From an uncultured Solirubrobacteraceae bacterium (lineage in GTDB: Bacteria; Actinomycetota; Thermoleophilia; Solirubrobacterales; Solirubrobacteraceae), in NCBI GenBank assembly GCA_963816955.1, contig CAWFME010000007.1, forward strand, positions 16,883 through 80,882: 64,000 nucleotides of DNA, written 5' to 3'. A program made the translations under genes and the position numbers. Positions 47,324 to 56,648 of the stretch are shown in pieces (the stretch's first letter is position 1; each line of letters begins with the position of its first letter). The notes below the pieces were generated by a model that saw only the letters and a program-made list of their open reading frames with translations, was not told where the DNA came from and made no database searches.

Positions 47324-47797
47324 ATGACCATCGTTCGCTGGGAGCCGCTGCGCGAGCTGGGCACGCTGCAGTCCGAGATGAACCGCCTCTTCAACACCGT
47401 CTTCGACGGCCCGACGCCGACCGGCAACACGATGCGCCGCTGGATGCCGGCGATGGACCTGCTCGAGTCGGGCGACGACTTCGTGCTCAGGGCCGACCTG
47501 CCCGGCATGAGCGAGGAGGACGTCACGATCGAGCTCGAGGACTCGACGCTCACGATCTCGGGTGAGCGCAAGGCCGAGCACCGCGGCGAGGGCGAGGGCT
47601 ACTACCGCGTCGAGCGCTCGACGGGCTCGTTCTCGCGCTCGCTCACGCTGCCCAAGGGCGTCGACCCCGAGGCCGTGAGCGCGAGCTTCGACCGCGGCGT
47701 GCTCGAGGTGCGCATCCCCAAGCCGGCGGAGCGCAAGCCGCGCCGGATCTCGATCGGCGGCAACGAGCCCGCCGCCATCGAGGGCAGCGCGGCCTAG
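47324..47797 (+). CDS. Hsp20/alpha-crystallin family small heat-shock protein
   Basis: MDLLESGDDFVLRADLPGMSEEDVTIELEDSTLTISGERK...SFSRSLTLPKGVDPEAVSASFDRGVLEVRIPK matches the alpha-crystallin domain. Confidence 0.93.
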   Translation: MTIVRWEPLRELGTLQSEMNRLFNTVFDGPTPTGNTMRRWMPAMDLLESGDDFVLRADLPGMSEEDVTIELEDSTLTISGERKAEHRGEGEGYYRVERSTGSFSRSLTLPKGVDPEAVSASFDRGVLEVRIPKPAERKPRRISIGGNEPAAIEGSAA

Positions 47798-47809
47798 CTC
47801 ATGCCCCAG

Positions 47810-47840
47810 GGGGCGGAGGGCCGACTAGGCTCTCCGCCCC
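47810..47840 (+). terminator. hairpin downstream of hsp20 (weak intrinsic-terminator candidate)
   Basis: GGGGCGGAG (47810-18) pairs with CTCCGCCCC (47832-40) around a 13-nt loop. Only TT follows, and the tgt TTG start abuts it. Confidence 0.35.
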
Positions 47841-49050
47841 TTGTCGTCCCTGCAGATCCACACCCGCGCGCCGGACTCGCTGGCCCGCACCGGCACGCTG
47901 AAGCTCGCCCACGGCGAGGTGCGCACGCCCGCGTTCGTGCCGCTCGCGACCAAGGCCGTCGTCAAGACGCTCGAGGTGCGCGAGGCCGCCGAGCTGGGCT
48001 ACGACATGGTGCTCGGGAACACGTTCCACCTGTTCCTGACGCCCGGCCACGAGCTGATCCGCGAGCTCGGGGGCCTGCACCGCTTCCAGGCCTGGGACCG
48101 CCCGATCATCACCGACTCCGGCGGCTTCCAGGTCTTCTCGATGGGCCATGGCGCCGTCGCCGACGAGATCAAGGGCCGCTCGGCGCAGTCGGGCGGCGGC
48201 GAGCGCGCCGGGGCGATCCTCTCGATCGAGGAGGAGGGCGTGACGTTCCGCTCCTACCTCGACGGCACGCCCAAGTTCATGGGGCCGGAGACCTCGATGG
48301 AGGTGCAGGCGGCGCTCGGCTCGGACATCGCGCTGGTCTTCGACGAGTGCACGCCGTTCAACGTCGACCGCGAGTACACGGCGCGCTCGACGGAGCGCAC
48401 GCACCGCTGGCTCGACCGCTGCCTGGCCTGGCACGCCGAGCACGGGCCGGAGGGCCAGATCGTCTACGGGATCGTGCAGGGCGGAGTGGAGGAGGAGCTG
48501 CGGCGCGCGTCCGCGCAGCAGGTGGCGGCGCGCGACGTCGGCGGGATCGCGATCGGCGGCACGCTCGGCGAGGACAAGGACCAGATGTTCGAGGTCGTCG
48601 CGTGGGCGGTCGACGAGCTGCCGGAGGGGCTGCCGCGGCACCTGCTCGGGATCGGCGAGGTCGACGATCTCGTGCGCGGCGTCGAGCTGGGGATCGACAC
48701 GTTCGACTGCGCGATGCCGACGCGGATCGGCCGCCACGGGATGGCGGTGGTCCCGGACCCGGCCAAGCGCTGGCGCGTCGACCTCGCGAAGGCGCGCTGG
48801 CGCACGGCCGACGAGCCGCTGCTGGCGGGCTGCCCGTGCCCGGCCTGCGCCCACGGCTACAGCCGCGCCTACCTGCACTACCTGCTGCGCGCCCGCGAGC
48901 AGACCGTCCAGCGGCTGCTGACGATCCACAACCTCGCCTACCTGCAGCGGCTGATGGCCGGGCTGCGGGCGGCGATCGACGCCGGCACGCTGCCCGAGGC
49001 CGCGGCGGCGGTGCGCGCCGGGCGCGGCGCCCTGGGAGCTGCCCGGCTAG
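47841..49050 (+). CDS. tgt: tRNA-guanine transglycosylase (queuine tRNA-ribosyltransferase), apparent +1 frameshift near 49020-49030
   Basis: TTG start. VLGNTFHL, DSGGFQV, DECTP, GGLAIGE-like IAIGGTLGE and the zinc site CPCPAC...H. The annotated frame has no stop until 50501 (antisense read-through). The +1 frame ends ...APWELPG-TAG at 49048-49050. Confidence 0.88.
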
Positions 49051-50428
49051 ACGGAGCCCGCGCACGATCAGCGCGAGCGCGACCAGCAGCAACACGAGGA
49101 GCACGACCGCGAGGATCCGCGGCCCCCAGACCTGGAGCGCGCCGCGGTGGTCGAGCGTCGCGATCGCGTCCTCGCCGAGCAGCCGCCCGGCGTACGCGCC
49201 CGGCTCGGGCCGCGTCGCCGGCGCCTGCGCCCGGGCGGGCGGAACCGGCTTGGGCGCGGCCGGCGGCGCCGGCGCGGCCTCGGTGGGCTGCGTGGCCTCC
49301 GCCTCGGCCGCCGTGGGAACCTCGGGCTCGGCGTCTTCGGGCGGCGGTGCGGGCTTCTCGCGCGGGATCAGGCGGACGGCGGGGCCGGGCTTCGAGGGGG
49401 CCGGCGACCTTGCGTGGGGCCTCCGGCGCGTGCTCGCCGTCGGCGGCGGCCTGCGCGTCGGCGGCGATCCGCGCACCCGGGCGGCGGCTCGCGGCGCGCA
49501 GGCGCTCGACCTCCGCGGCGGAGCGCCGCGCGGCCTGGCGCAGCTTGGCGATCTCGGCGAGCGCCTCCTCGTGCTTCTCGCGCAGCTCCTCGAGCGCCTG
49601 CACGGCGCCGGCGCGCTCGTCCTGCAGGCGGTCGGCCTCCTCGGCGGCGGAGCGCAGCCGCTCGGCCTCTCCGCCGACCTCCTCGGCCCGCTCGCGCTCG
49701 CGGGCCAGCGCGGCACGCGCCTCGGCCTCGGAGGCGCCCATGCGGGTCAGCTGCTCGCCCTGGCTCTCGCGCACGCTCGTGAGCTCCTCGCGCAGGCGCC
49801 GGGCCTCGTCCTCGAGCAGCTCCGCGCGCCGGGAGGACTCGCCCGCGCGCGCCTCGAGCGCCTCCAACCGCTCACCGGCCTCGCGGGCCTCAGAGCGCGC
49901 GGCGCGCAGCTCCTCCTCGTGGCGGGCCCGGATCCGGCCCAGCTCCGCGCGCGCGCCGGCGAGGTCGCGCTCGAGCTGCTGGCGGGAGCCGCCGGCCGCG
50001 CGCAGCACCGGCTCGGCGGACGATTCGGGCGGGGCCACGAACCTCGGCGGCTTGGGGGGTGCGGCGGCCGTCGACATCCTCGGCGTGCTCTCGGCCTTGT
50101 GGCGGCCGCGCGGCCCCTGGCCGCCGGGCGGCGGCAGGTCCACGGTGAGCGCGCCGACCTCCAGCTCGGCGTCCCCGACGTCCTCGTGCGCGCCCTCCCA
50201 CGGGAAGGCGGCGATCCACGCGGTGCCCTCGTCGGCCATCCAGGGCTTGTGGTCGAGCACCGCCAGCAGCCGGCGGCGCCCGCCGGCGACCTGGACGGTC
50301 AGCACGGGGCGCACGAAGCGCCGGCCGCGCACGCCGAACCAGCGGCCCTCGACCTCGAGCCGGCCGTCCTCGGACCACTGGAAGCGGTCGAGCTCGAACC
50401 CGGTCTGCTCGGGAGCGACGGTGCTCAT
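49047..50428 (-). CDS. tail-anchored coiled-coil protein (small N-terminal beta domain, long coiled coil, Pro-rich linker, C-terminal TM), two apparent frameshifts
   Basis: ATG 50426-50428 overlaps the kinase TGA. The MSTVAPEQTGFELDRFQWSEDGRLEVEGRW domain and an ER/AL-rich heptad region lie in the ORF 48938..51361 frame. KPGPAVRLIPREKPAPPPEDAEPEV...ILAVVLLVLLLVALALIVRG lies in the ORF 48358..49716 frame (switch near the G5 run 49396-49400). A further +1 shift at CCC 49057-59 would end the protein at TAG 49047-49049. Confidence 0.6.
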
Positions 50429-51648
50429 CGGGTGTTGTCCTCGATCAGGCCCTTCACCTCGTCCACGGCGTCTTGCACCTGGCCCTGCACGTCGCGCTTG
50501 AGCTGGACGCCCTGCTGGACCGTGTCCTGTGCGGCCTGGTAGACCGCGATCCCGCCGGCGATCAGCGCGAGCACGAGGAGCAGCCCGATCCACAATCGCA
50601 TACCCGAGCCGCGTCTGCGTGCAGGTGGGGGAGCGGAGCGGCGGCGGGAGGGCGGCGCGGGCTCGGCGCGGCGGCGGCGCGCCGGGGCCTCCTCGATCGG
50701 CTCCATCCGGCGGCGCGGCCGCTCCCGCGGCGGCATCGCGGTGGTGGCCTGGGTGCCCGCCAGCATCCGGGTGGCCTCCGTCTCGTCCATCGCCCAGGTG
50801 CTTTCCGTGTCGCGGGCGGGAGCCCTTCCCTGCAAGGCCTCGCCCAGCGCGTGCTCCATCTCGCCGGCGTCGGCGTAGCGATGCTCGGGGTCGCGGTGCA
50901 GGGCGACCATGATCGCCTCCGCGAGCGCGGGGGGCACGTCGGCGTTCAGCTCGTCCAGGCGCGGGGGCGGAGAGGTCTCCTGCAGGCGGGCCAGGTCGGT
51001 CAGGGAGGCCGCCTCGTAGGGCAGCCGCCCCGCGAGCAGCTGGTAGGCGACCACGCCGAGCGCGTAGAGGTCGCTCGCCGGGCCGGCCGGCTCGCCCCGG
51101 GCCTGCTCTGGCGAGAGGTAGGCGGCGGTCCCGAGCACGGAGCCGGCCTTGGTGATGTCGGACTGCTCGGCGGCCTTGGCGATGCCGAAGTCCGCCAGCT
51201 TGACCGCGTTGTCGCGGCTGCGCAGGAGGTTGCCGGGCTTGACGTCGCGGTGCACGACGCCGTTGCGGTGGGCGTAGTCGAGCCCGCGGCAGGCCTGCGC
51301 GAGCACGTTGACCGCGTCGCGGTTGCCGAGCGGGCCATGGTCGCGCAGGATCTCCGCGCACGACTCGCCGTCGACGAACTCCATGACGATGTAGTTGCGC
51401 GCCGTCGCCTCGTCGAGCCCGAAGTCGAAGACCTGGACGATGTTGGGGTGCACGAGCCGGGCGGCCGCGAGCGCCTCGCGCCGGAAGCGCGAGACGAAGC
51501 TCGAGTCCTCGGCCAGGTGCTCAGCGAGCAGCTTGACCGCGACGTAGCGCTCCAGCCGCGTGTCGAACGCGAGCTGGACGGTCGCCATGCCGCCGACTCC
51601 GAGCCGGCGGTCCAGCTTGTAGCGGTCTGCGAAGAGCTCGTCGGTCAT
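50425..51648 (-). CDS. Hanks-type serine/threonine protein kinase with C-terminal TM anchor
   Basis: GVGGMATV glycine loop, VAVK, HRDVKPGNLL, DFGIA and SPEQ motifs. A Pro/Arg-rich linker, then TM LWIGLLLVLALIAGGIAVY and a short extracellular tail. Confidence 0.93.
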   Translation of the reverse strand: MTDELFADRYKLDRRLGVGGMATVQLAFDTRLERYVAVKLLAEHLAEDSSFVSRFRREALAAARLVHPNIVQVFDFGLDEATARNYIVMEFVDGESCAEILRDHGPLGNRDAVNVLAQACRGLDYAHRNGVVHRDVKPGNLLRSRDNAVKLADFGIAKAAEQSDITKAGSVLGTAAYLSPEQARGEPAGPASDLYALGVVAYQLLAGRLPYEAASLTDLARLQETSPPPRLDELNADVPPALAEAIMVALHRDPEHRYADAGEMEHALGEALQGRAPARDTESTWAMDETEATRMLAGTQATTAMPPRERPRRRMEPIEEAPARRRRAEPAPPSRRRSAPPPARRRGSGMRLWIGLLLVLALIAGGIAVYQAAQDTVQQGVQLKRDVQGQVQDAVDEVKGLIEDNTR

Positions 51649-52124
51649 TCGCCGTCGTCCTCGGGTGCAATCACACCGCCGTCGCCCGGAGGTTCCACCG
51701 TGGGCTCAGGCGTGGGCGTCTCGGTGGGCTCTGGCGTGGGCGTCTCGGTCGGCTCGGGCGTGGGCGTCTCGGTCGGCGAGGGCGTGGGCGTCTCCGTGGC
51801 CGACGGCGTCGGCGTCGGCGTCTCCTCGGCCTTGCAGTCGTTGTCGATGCGGTCGTCGATGTGCGTGAGCCAGTCGCGGATGTTGCGCTTGAGGTCGGTG
51901 TCGACGCGCCGCGGAAGCTCGCTCACCTGCTGGTTCGCGGCCTGGATCGCGGCCTTGGCCTTGGCCGTGTCGTTGTCGTCGCAGGCGGCCTGGATCTCGT
52001 CGATCGTCGACGTGAGCGCGCTCGCGCGGGTCTGGGGGATGAGCTCGGGGTCCTCACTACCGCAGCCGGCCAGGGGAACGGCCACCAGCAACAGGCCGAG
52101 CGCAAGGGTGGGGCGGCGTGGCAT
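51645..52124 (-). CDS. lipoprotein with C-terminal Thr/Pro/Glu repeat tail, hypothetical
   Basis: From ATG 52122-52124: MPRRPTLALGLLLVAVPLAGC (lipobox), a helical domain, then ETPTPSPTETPTPEPTETPTPEPTETPTPEPT. The TGA overlaps the kinase ATG. Confidence 0.7.
   Translation of the reverse strand: MPRRPTLALGLLLVAVPLAGCGSEDPELIPQTRASALTSTIDEIQAACDDNDTAKAKAAIQAANQQVSELPRRVDTDLKRNIRDWLTHIDDRIDNDCKAEETPTPTPSATETPTPSPTETPTPEPTETPTPEPTETPTPEPTVEPPGDGGVIAPEDDGE
51703..51798 (-). repeat. four tandem 24-nt in-frame repeats encoding the (E)TPTPEPT units
   Basis: Plus-strand units are GGCTCAGGCGTGGGCGTCTCGGTG, GGCTCTGGCGTGGGCGTCTCGGTC, GGCTCGGGCGTGGGCGTCTCGGTC and GGCGAGGGCGTGGGCGTCTCCGTG. Confidence 0.85.
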
Positions 52125-52177
52125 GCGCCGATCCAGGCTAGCGGGACGAGGGGTCGCCCCGAGCCGCTTAACCGGCC

Positions 52178-52909
52178 TTATTGCCCGCGCTCGAGGCGCT
52201 CGGCGAGCGAGTCCGGCAGGTTGGCGGCGCGGATCGCCGCCTGGGCGCCCGCGATGTCGTACTCCGCCCGGCGGTAGCTCGCGGTCCAGCGGTCCGTGTC
52301 GAGCAGCAGCCAGGCGGCCCGCGGGTCGCCGTCGCGCGGCTGCCCCGTCGAGCCGGGGTTGATCAACCACTGGCCGGCGCCGAGGTCCAGCTCGGAGCCC
52401 TCCTTGCGGGTCGTCCCGGAGGCGGGCGTGCCCTCCTGGCGGTCGAACGACAGCGCCACGTGCGAGTGGCCGATCAGCGAGACCCGGAAGTCGGTCACGT
52501 CGAAGCACAGCTCGGCGGTCAGCCCGGACAGGACGTACTCCCAGACCGGGTCGCGCGGGGAGGCGTGGAAGAGCCCCACGCCCTGCGCGCTGCCCTCGGG
52601 CTTGAGCGAGAGCAGGAACTCGCGCGTCTCGGGGGCGATCACCTCGCGCGTCCAGGTCGCCGCGAGCGCGGCCCCGCGCGAGAACTCCTCCAGCGAGAGC
52701 ACGTCGACGACCGCCAGGTCGTGGTTGCCGGCCAGGCAGACGCTGCAGTGGCGGCGCGCCAGCTCGACGGAGGCGTCCGGGTCCCCGCCGTAGCCCACGA
52801 GGTCGCCGAGGCACCAGAGCTCCTCGGCGCCGTCCTGCTCGGCGGCGTCGATCACGGCCTCGAAGGCGTGGCGGTTCCCGTGGATGTCCGTGGCTATCGC
52901 GACCCGCAT
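52178..52909 (-). CDS. metallophosphoesterase family protein
   Basis: DIHGN, GDLVGYG, GNHD and GHSH calcineurin-like phosphoesterase motifs. Confidence 0.88.
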   Translation of the reverse strand: MRVAIATDIHGNRHAFEAVIDAAEQDGAEELWCLGDLVGYGGDPDASVELARRHCSVCLAGNHDLAVVDVLSLEEFSRGAALAATWTREVIAPETREFLLSLKPEGSAQGVGLFHASPRDPVWEYVLSGLTAELCFDVTDFRVSLIGHSHVALSFDRQEGTPASGTTRKEGSELDLGAGQWLINPGSTGQPRDGDPRAAWLLLDTDRWTASYRRAEYDIAGAQAAIRAANLPDSLAERLERGQ

Positions 52910-52929
52910 GGCGGCGTATCGTCTATTCG

Positions 52930-54135
52930 GTGCCGGTGCGGCTCCGCCTTCCCATCGCCATCGTCGCTGCGCTGGTGGTGGCGGAGGCCGCGGTCCTGAT
53001 CATGCGGCCGCGTGGTCTCATCGAGCCCCTCGACGTCGCGCCGCGAGCCTACTTCAGCGCGGCGCAGATCGAGAAGGCCGAGGTGTTCCGCTCCGGCCAG
53101 CTGTGGCTCTTCGCCGCCCGCAGCGCGATCGAGCTGGGCCTGCTCGTGCTCGTCACCGCCCGCCCGCCGCGGGCGCTGTTGCTGCGGCGCCGTCGGGGAG
53201 TCCTCGCGGGCGCCGCGGCCGCCGCGGCGCTCTCCGTGGCGCTTTCGGCGGCCACGCTGCCCGTGCGGGCGGTCGCCCGCGAGCGGGCGAAGGATGTCGG
53301 CCTGGTGACCCAGGACTGGGTCGGCTACGCCGGCGACGTGGCCAAGAGCACGGCGATCGGCGCTGTGCTGGCGGGCGCGGGCGGCGCGCTGCTGGTGTTC
53401 GGCATGCGCCGCTTCGGCCGCGGCTGGTGGGCGCCGGCGGCCGCCGTGGTGGTCGCCTTCGGCGTCGCCACGACGTACCTGACGCCGATCGTGCTCGACC
53501 CGCTGTTCAACAAGTTCACCCCGCTGCCGGAGGGCCCGACGCGCTCGACCGTCCTCACGCTGGCGCGCGAGGCCGGCGTCGACGTCGGTCAGGTCTACGA
53601 GATGGACGCCTCGCGCCGCACGACCGCCGCCAACGCCTACGTGACCGGCATCGGGCGCACCAAGCGCGTGGTCATCTACGACACCCTGCTGGATCGCTTC
53701 TCGCCCGGCGAGGTGCGGCTCGTGCTCGCGCACGAGCTCGGCCACGTCCACCACCGCGACGTGCCCCACGGGCTGCTCTACCTGCTGCTCGTGGCGCCGT
53801 TCGGGATGCTCGCCGCCGCGCGGCTGGGGGAGCGGCTGGCGCCGCGCGACTCGCTCGCCACCGCCGCCGCGGTGCCGGCCGTCGTGCTCGCGGTGGGCCT
53901 GGTCGCGCCCGCGATCACCGTCATCTCCAACCAGCTCTCGCGCGGGGTGGAGCAGCGCGCGGACCAGTTCTCGCTCGAGCTCGCGGGCGAGCCGCGCACG
54001 TTCATCGGCTTCCAGGAGAGGATCTCGCTCACCAACGTCTCCGACCCGGACCCGCCGGCGCTCGTGCGCTTCCTGCTCGGCACCCACCCGAGCACGATCG
54101 AGCGGATCGGCCTGGCGGAGCGCTTCGACCGCTAG
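52930..54135 (+). CDS. M48 family (Ste24/HtpX-like) membrane metalloprotease
   Basis: GTG start. Multiple TM segments, HELGHVHHRD (the HExxH zinc motif) and a downstream EQRADQFS. Confidence 0.88.
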   Translation: MPVRLRLPIAIVAALVVAEAAVLIMRPRGLIEPLDVAPRAYFSAAQIEKAEVFRSGQLWLFAARSAIELGLLVLVTARPPRALLLRRRRGVLAGAAAAAALSVALSAATLPVRAVARERAKDVGLVTQDWVGYAGDVAKSTAIGAVLAGAGGALLVFGMRRFGRGWWAPAAAVVVAFGVATTYLTPIVLDPLFNKFTPLPEGPTRSTVLTLAREAGVDVGQVYEMDASRRTTAANAYVTGIGRTKRVVIYDTLLDRFSPGEVRLVLAHELGHVHHRDVPHGLLYLLLVAPFGMLAAARLGERLAPRDSLATAAAVPAVVLAVGLVAPAITVISNQLSRGVEQRADQFSLELAGEPRTFIGFQERISLTNVSDPDPPALVRFLLGTHPSTIERIGLAERFDR

Positions 54136-54151
54136 GAGCCTTGACAGACTC

Positions 54152-54451
54152 CTAGTCGGGCGGCCGCGGGGGCGTCTCGGGGAGGTTCTTGATCCCCTCG
54201 GTGGTGCGCCACTTGGACCAGTTGTCCTCCATGGCGTCGAGCAGCTCGCGGAAGAAGCGGGGCGAGAGGTTCAGCCGCGTCACCACCACGCCCGGCACCT
54301 CGCCCTCCTCGACCTCGTGGTCGACGCGCGCGAACGTGATCGAGAACTCGTAGTCGGAGTGGGCGACGTTGGCGAAGTTCGCGTAGTGGCCCGCCATCAT
54401 CTCCGGCGTGGTGTGGAGGTTGAACTGGCGGTCGTCGCCGGCGTCGCTCAC
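54152..54451 (-). CDS. DUF3467-like small protein
   Basis: From GTG 54449-54451: GHYANFANVAHSDYEFSITFARVD... is a conserved family pattern. The rest of ORF 54152..55270 is antisense to rlmH/argS. Confidence 0.7.
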   Translation of the reverse strand: MSDAGDDRQFNLHTTPEMMAGHYANFANVAHSDYEFSITFARVDHEVEEGEVPGVVVTRLNLSPRFFRELLDAMEDNWSKWRTTEGIKNLPETPPRPPD

Positions 54452-54472
54452 GGTCCGCCTAGTATCGCGCAG

Positions 54473-54880
54473 GTGCGCTACACCGTGCTGGCCGTCGGGA
54501 AGGTGAAGCCGCCCTACGCCGACGACGTCGCGCACTACGAGCGGCTGCTGGCCCGCCAGGCCCGCGTCGAGGTGGTCGAGGTGGCCGACGACGACGCGGT
54601 CGCCCGCCGGATCCCCGAGCGCGCGTACGTGTCGCTGCTCGACGACCGCGGCAAGGCGTACGACTCCGAGGCGTTCGCGCGCTGGCTCGAGGAGCGCCGC
54701 CAGGCCGGCCGCGACGTCTGCTTCGTCGTCGGAGGGCCCTACGGCACGGAGCTGGACCGCTGCGACCACCGGCTGTCGCTGGGCCCGATGACGCTCCCGC
54801 ACCAGCTCGCGCGGGTGGTGCTGCTCGAGCAGCTCTTCCGCGCCCACAAGATCCTCGCGGGCGAGCCGTACCATCATTGA
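54473..54880 (+). CDS. rlmH: 23S rRNA (pseudouridine1915-N3)-methyltransferase RlmH
   Basis: From GTG 54473: VLAVGKVK...YERL, LDDRGK, FVVGGPYG and LSLGPMTLPHQLARVVLLEQLFRA (SPOUT knot). Confidence 0.9.
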   Translation: MRYTVLAVGKVKPPYADDVAHYERLLARQARVEVVEVADDDAVARRIPERAYVSLLDDRGKAYDSEAFARWLEERRQAGRDVCFVVGGPYGTELDRCDHRLSLGPMTLPHQLARVVLLEQLFRAHKILAGEPYHH

Positions 54881-54881
54881 C

Positions 54882-56510
54882 GTGACGCCGATCGAGGACC
54901 TCCGCGCCGCCGTCGAGGCGGCCGCCGCCGACCTACGCAACGGCGGCCCGGCGCCGAGCAGCGCGCCGACGCTCGAGCGCCCGAAGAAGGCGGGCTTCGG
55001 CGACTTCTCGACGAACGCGGCGATGCTGCTCGCGCCGGCGCTGAAGGCGCCGCCGCGCGAGATCGCGGAGAAGCTCGGCGCCGCGCTGCAGGCGCGGCTG
55101 GGCGCGCAGGTCGAGCGGGTGGAGGTCGCCGGCCCCGGTTTCCTGAACATCTTCCTCGCCGACGACTGGTACACGGAGGCCGCGGGCGTCATCCTCGCCG
55201 CCGGCGACGCGTATGGCGGCCACACGGCTGACCCGCCGGAGAAGGTCCAGGTCGAGTTCGTCTCCGCCAACCCGACCGGCCCGCTGACCGCCGCCTCCGG
55301 CCGCCACGCGGCCTACGGCGACGCGCTGCTGCGCCTGTTCCGCTTCCAGGGCCACGAGGTCGAGGGCGAGTACTACTTCAACGACGCCGGCGGGCAGATC
55401 ACCCGGTTCGGAGCGTCGATCGTGGCCCGCGCGCGCGGGGAAGAGCCCCCCGAGGACGGCTATCAGGGCGAGTACGTCGCGGAGCTCGCCGCACAGATCC
55501 CGGGCGCCGCAGAGATGGACCCCGAGAAGGCGGCCGCCGCCGGCGTGGAGCTGACGATGGGCCGGATCCGCGAGACGCTCGCCGGCTACCGGGTGGAGTT
55601 CGACAGCTGGTTCCTCGAGCGGACGCTGCACGAAGGCGACCCGACCCCGGTCCAGGCCGCGCTGGCGAGCCTGCCGGAGGGGACGACGTACCGCGCCGAT
55701 GAGGCCGTCTGGCTGCGCACGAAGGAGCTCGGCCGCGACAACGAGGACCGCGTGGTCGTGCGCCGCACGGGCGAGCCGACCTACTTCGCGTCCGACATCG
55801 CCTACCTGCGGTCCAAGCTCGACCGCGGCTTCGACCGCTTCTTGATCGTGCTCGGCTCCGACCACCACGGCTACATCGCGCGGATGAAGGGCGCCGTGGC
55901 GGCGCTCGGCGGCGACCCCGCGCAGCTCGAGATCCCGCTGCTGCAGTTCGTGCACATCGTCGAGAAGGGCGAGAAGGCGTCGATGTCCAAGCGGCGCGGC
56001 GACTTCATCACGCTCGACGAGCTGATCTCCGAGATCGGGGTCGACGCGGCGCGCTTCTTCATGCTCCAGCGCTCGCACGACTCCACGGTCGACCTCGACC
56101 TGGACCTCGCGCGCGAGCAGTCCGCCGAGAACCCCGTCTACTACGTGCAGTACGCCCACGCCCGGATCGCCAGCATCCTCGAGCGCATCGGCGCCGAGCG
56201 GGTCGAGCGGGCGCTGGCCGACGCGCCCTCCGGGCTCGAGCTGCACCCGGCCGAGCGCGACCTGGTGCGCAAGCTGCTCACGTTCCCGGCCGAGGTCGGG
56301 GAGGCCGCCGCGCGGCGCGCGCCGCACCGGATCGCCACGTACGCGCTCGAGCTCGCTCAGGCCTTCGCGGCCTTCTACCGCGATTGCCCGGTCAAGGACG
56401 CCGAGCCCGAGGCGCTGAAGTCCTTCCGAATCGGGCTGTCGCTCTCCACCAAGCGGACGCTCGCCCGCGCGCTGGACCTGCTCGGGGTCAGCGCTCCCGA
56501 GTCGATGTAG
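54882..56510 (+). CDS. argS: arginine--tRNA ligase
   Basis: SANPTGPLTAASGRHA is a HIGH-type region. Also DHHGYI and a C-terminal DALR anticodon-binding domain (VYYVQYAHARI). Confidence 0.95.
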   Translation: MTPIEDLRAAVEAAAADLRNGGPAPSSAPTLERPKKAGFGDFSTNAAMLLAPALKAPPREIAEKLGAALQARLGAQVERVEVAGPGFLNIFLADDWYTEAAGVILAAGDAYGGHTADPPEKVQVEFVSANPTGPLTAASGRHAAYGDALLRLFRFQGHEVEGEYYFNDAGGQITRFGASIVARARGEEPPEDGYQGEYVAELAAQIPGAAEMDPEKAAAAGVELTMGRIRETLAGYRVEFDSWFLERTLHEGDPTPVQAALASLPEGTTYRADEAVWLRTKELGRDNEDRVVVRRTGEPTYFASDIAYLRSKLDRGFDRFLIVLGSDHHGYIARMKGAVAALGGDPAQLEIPLLQFVHIVEKGEKASMSKRRGDFITLDELISEIGVDAARFFMLQRSHDSTVDLDLDLAREQSAENPVYYVQYAHARIASILERIGAERVERALADAPSGLELHPAERDLVRKLLTFPAEVGEAAARRAPHRIATYALELAQAFAAFYRDCPVKDAEPEALKSFRIGLSLSTKRTLARALDLLGVSAPESM

Positions 56511-56648
56511 CCAGGCCGTTCTCGTAGGCGTAGACGGCCGCCTGGGCGCGGTTGACGGCGGCTCGGTAGGAGGGTGAGCGAGCGTCCGAACCGCCCCGAT
56601 CTCCCTCGCTCCCCTACCCAGCGCCGTTGACGTTCGGCGAACGAGCGG

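Noticed and set aside
47841-50501. 886-aa Tgt fusion protein
   Set aside because: Everything after about codon 395 is antisense read-through of the coiled-coil gene (Arg/Ala/Ser/Pro junk). It is explained by a lost stop at a homopolymer.
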